Shown piece after piece: positions 63,453-64,000 of a stretch of 64,000 nt of DNA. The translations under genes and the position numbers were made by a program. The notes beneath the pieces are model-generated. The model ran no database searches, was not told the DNA's origin, and was given only the letters and a program-made list of their open reading frames with translations. Origin of the DNA: Nitrospirota bacterium (lineage in GTDB: Bacteria; Nitrospirota; UBA9217); assembly GCA_963737155.1 (NCBI GenBank), contig CAVTRN010000002.1, positions 1,696,001-1,760,000 of the forward strand, given 5' to 3'. The first letter of the stretch is position 1, and each line of letters starts with the position of its first letter.

Positions 63453-64000
63453 ATGGAAATACATAATGAGTTACTTCCCGAGACTGGTTCCTGGCCAAAT
63501 CAAACTTATGGCGAATTAGGTACTCTCGCTCAAGAAGACGGGAAGGCACAATGCCATATTTGCGGGCGTTTATTTGGGCATCTTGGGAACCACATTGTGC
63601 GTGGTCATAAAATGAGCTGCGCGGAGTATCGCGCATATTTTGGTTTAAGCAGAAGATACCCTCTGGCTGGAGAACATTATCTTTCTACAAAAACAGACAA
63701 CATTAAAAACTATTGTCAAAGGGGAGTAGCTACAATACTTGCCTTGACTCCCGAAGAGCGAAGCAAAATTAGAAAAACTAGATCAGCACGTTTGTCAACG
63801 ACAATAAAAAACTCGGCTTACCAGCAGCAACCAGATGTAAAAAAAAGACTCGTAGAAAGATTATCGTCTCCGGAAATACGTGAGAAAAGCGCAACTACAC
63901 AACGAAAAACATGCAGAAGCCTTGAGTTTAAAGAAAAGATGGAGCAAATACGTATTTCTATGCCAGAAGATAAACGTAAGCTTATGCTTGAAAAACGTAG
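63453..64000 (+). CDS. MucR/Ros-like zinc-finger protein with basic C-terminal extension (partial, runs off window)
   Basis: Read manually from ATG63453: KAQCHICGRLFGHLGNHIVRGHKMSCAEYRAYFGL; open to the window end. Confidence 0.75.
   Translation, partial: MEIHNELLPETGSWPNQTYGELGTLAQEDGKAQCHICGRLFGHLGNHIVRGHKMSCAEYRAYFGLSRRYPLAGEHYLSTKTDNIKNYCQRGVATILALTPEERSKIRKTRSARLSTTIKNSAYQQQPDVKKRLVERLSSPEIREKSATTQRKTCRSLEFKEKMEQIRISMPEDKRKLMLEKR

Overview
Bacterial chromosomal window, gene content suggestive of a Nitrospirota/deltaproteobacterium-like anaerobe (inference only), in four blocks. (1) 1-1.7 kb: mobile-element-like region with a group II intron 3' remnant (domains V-VI), an XRE repressor and a perfect sigma70 promoter flanked by two operator-like palindromes. 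(2) ~1.7-23.4 kb: a GInt-like island with three tyrosine-recombinase-family genes and a small fourth gene, here fused to a P-loop kinase. Its cargo is a defence cluster: SNF2 helicase, small protein, RloC-like Zn-hook ABC ATPase with a HEPN-like motif, stand-alone class III nucleotidyl-cyclase-like protein, Kiwa (kwaB split by an IS256 with an 8-bp TSD), type III Mod/Res and a NucS-like nuclease. The island's right end abuts a 5'-truncated ligA. (3) 23.4-45.3 kb: housekeeping genes (ligA', nfo, radical SAM, PHP, TPR, mltD, queE, NFACT, mazG, gtrA, glnD, polA, comFB) with one decayed TnpB element. (4) 45.3-64 kb: tRNA-Thr(CGT) followed by a stack of integrase-less cassettes delimited by tRNA 3'-end duplications (two HigBA, a second TnpB element, a SEC-C cluster), then rmlA, IS remnants, a TetR-RND efflux operon, a nonsense-mutated RelE/XRE pair and a MucR-like gene running off the end. 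No CRISPR array or rRNA was seen. The best candidate for an undescribed system is the SNF2/type III RM scaffold with its nested ATPase-HEPN, cyclase-like and Kiwa modules.
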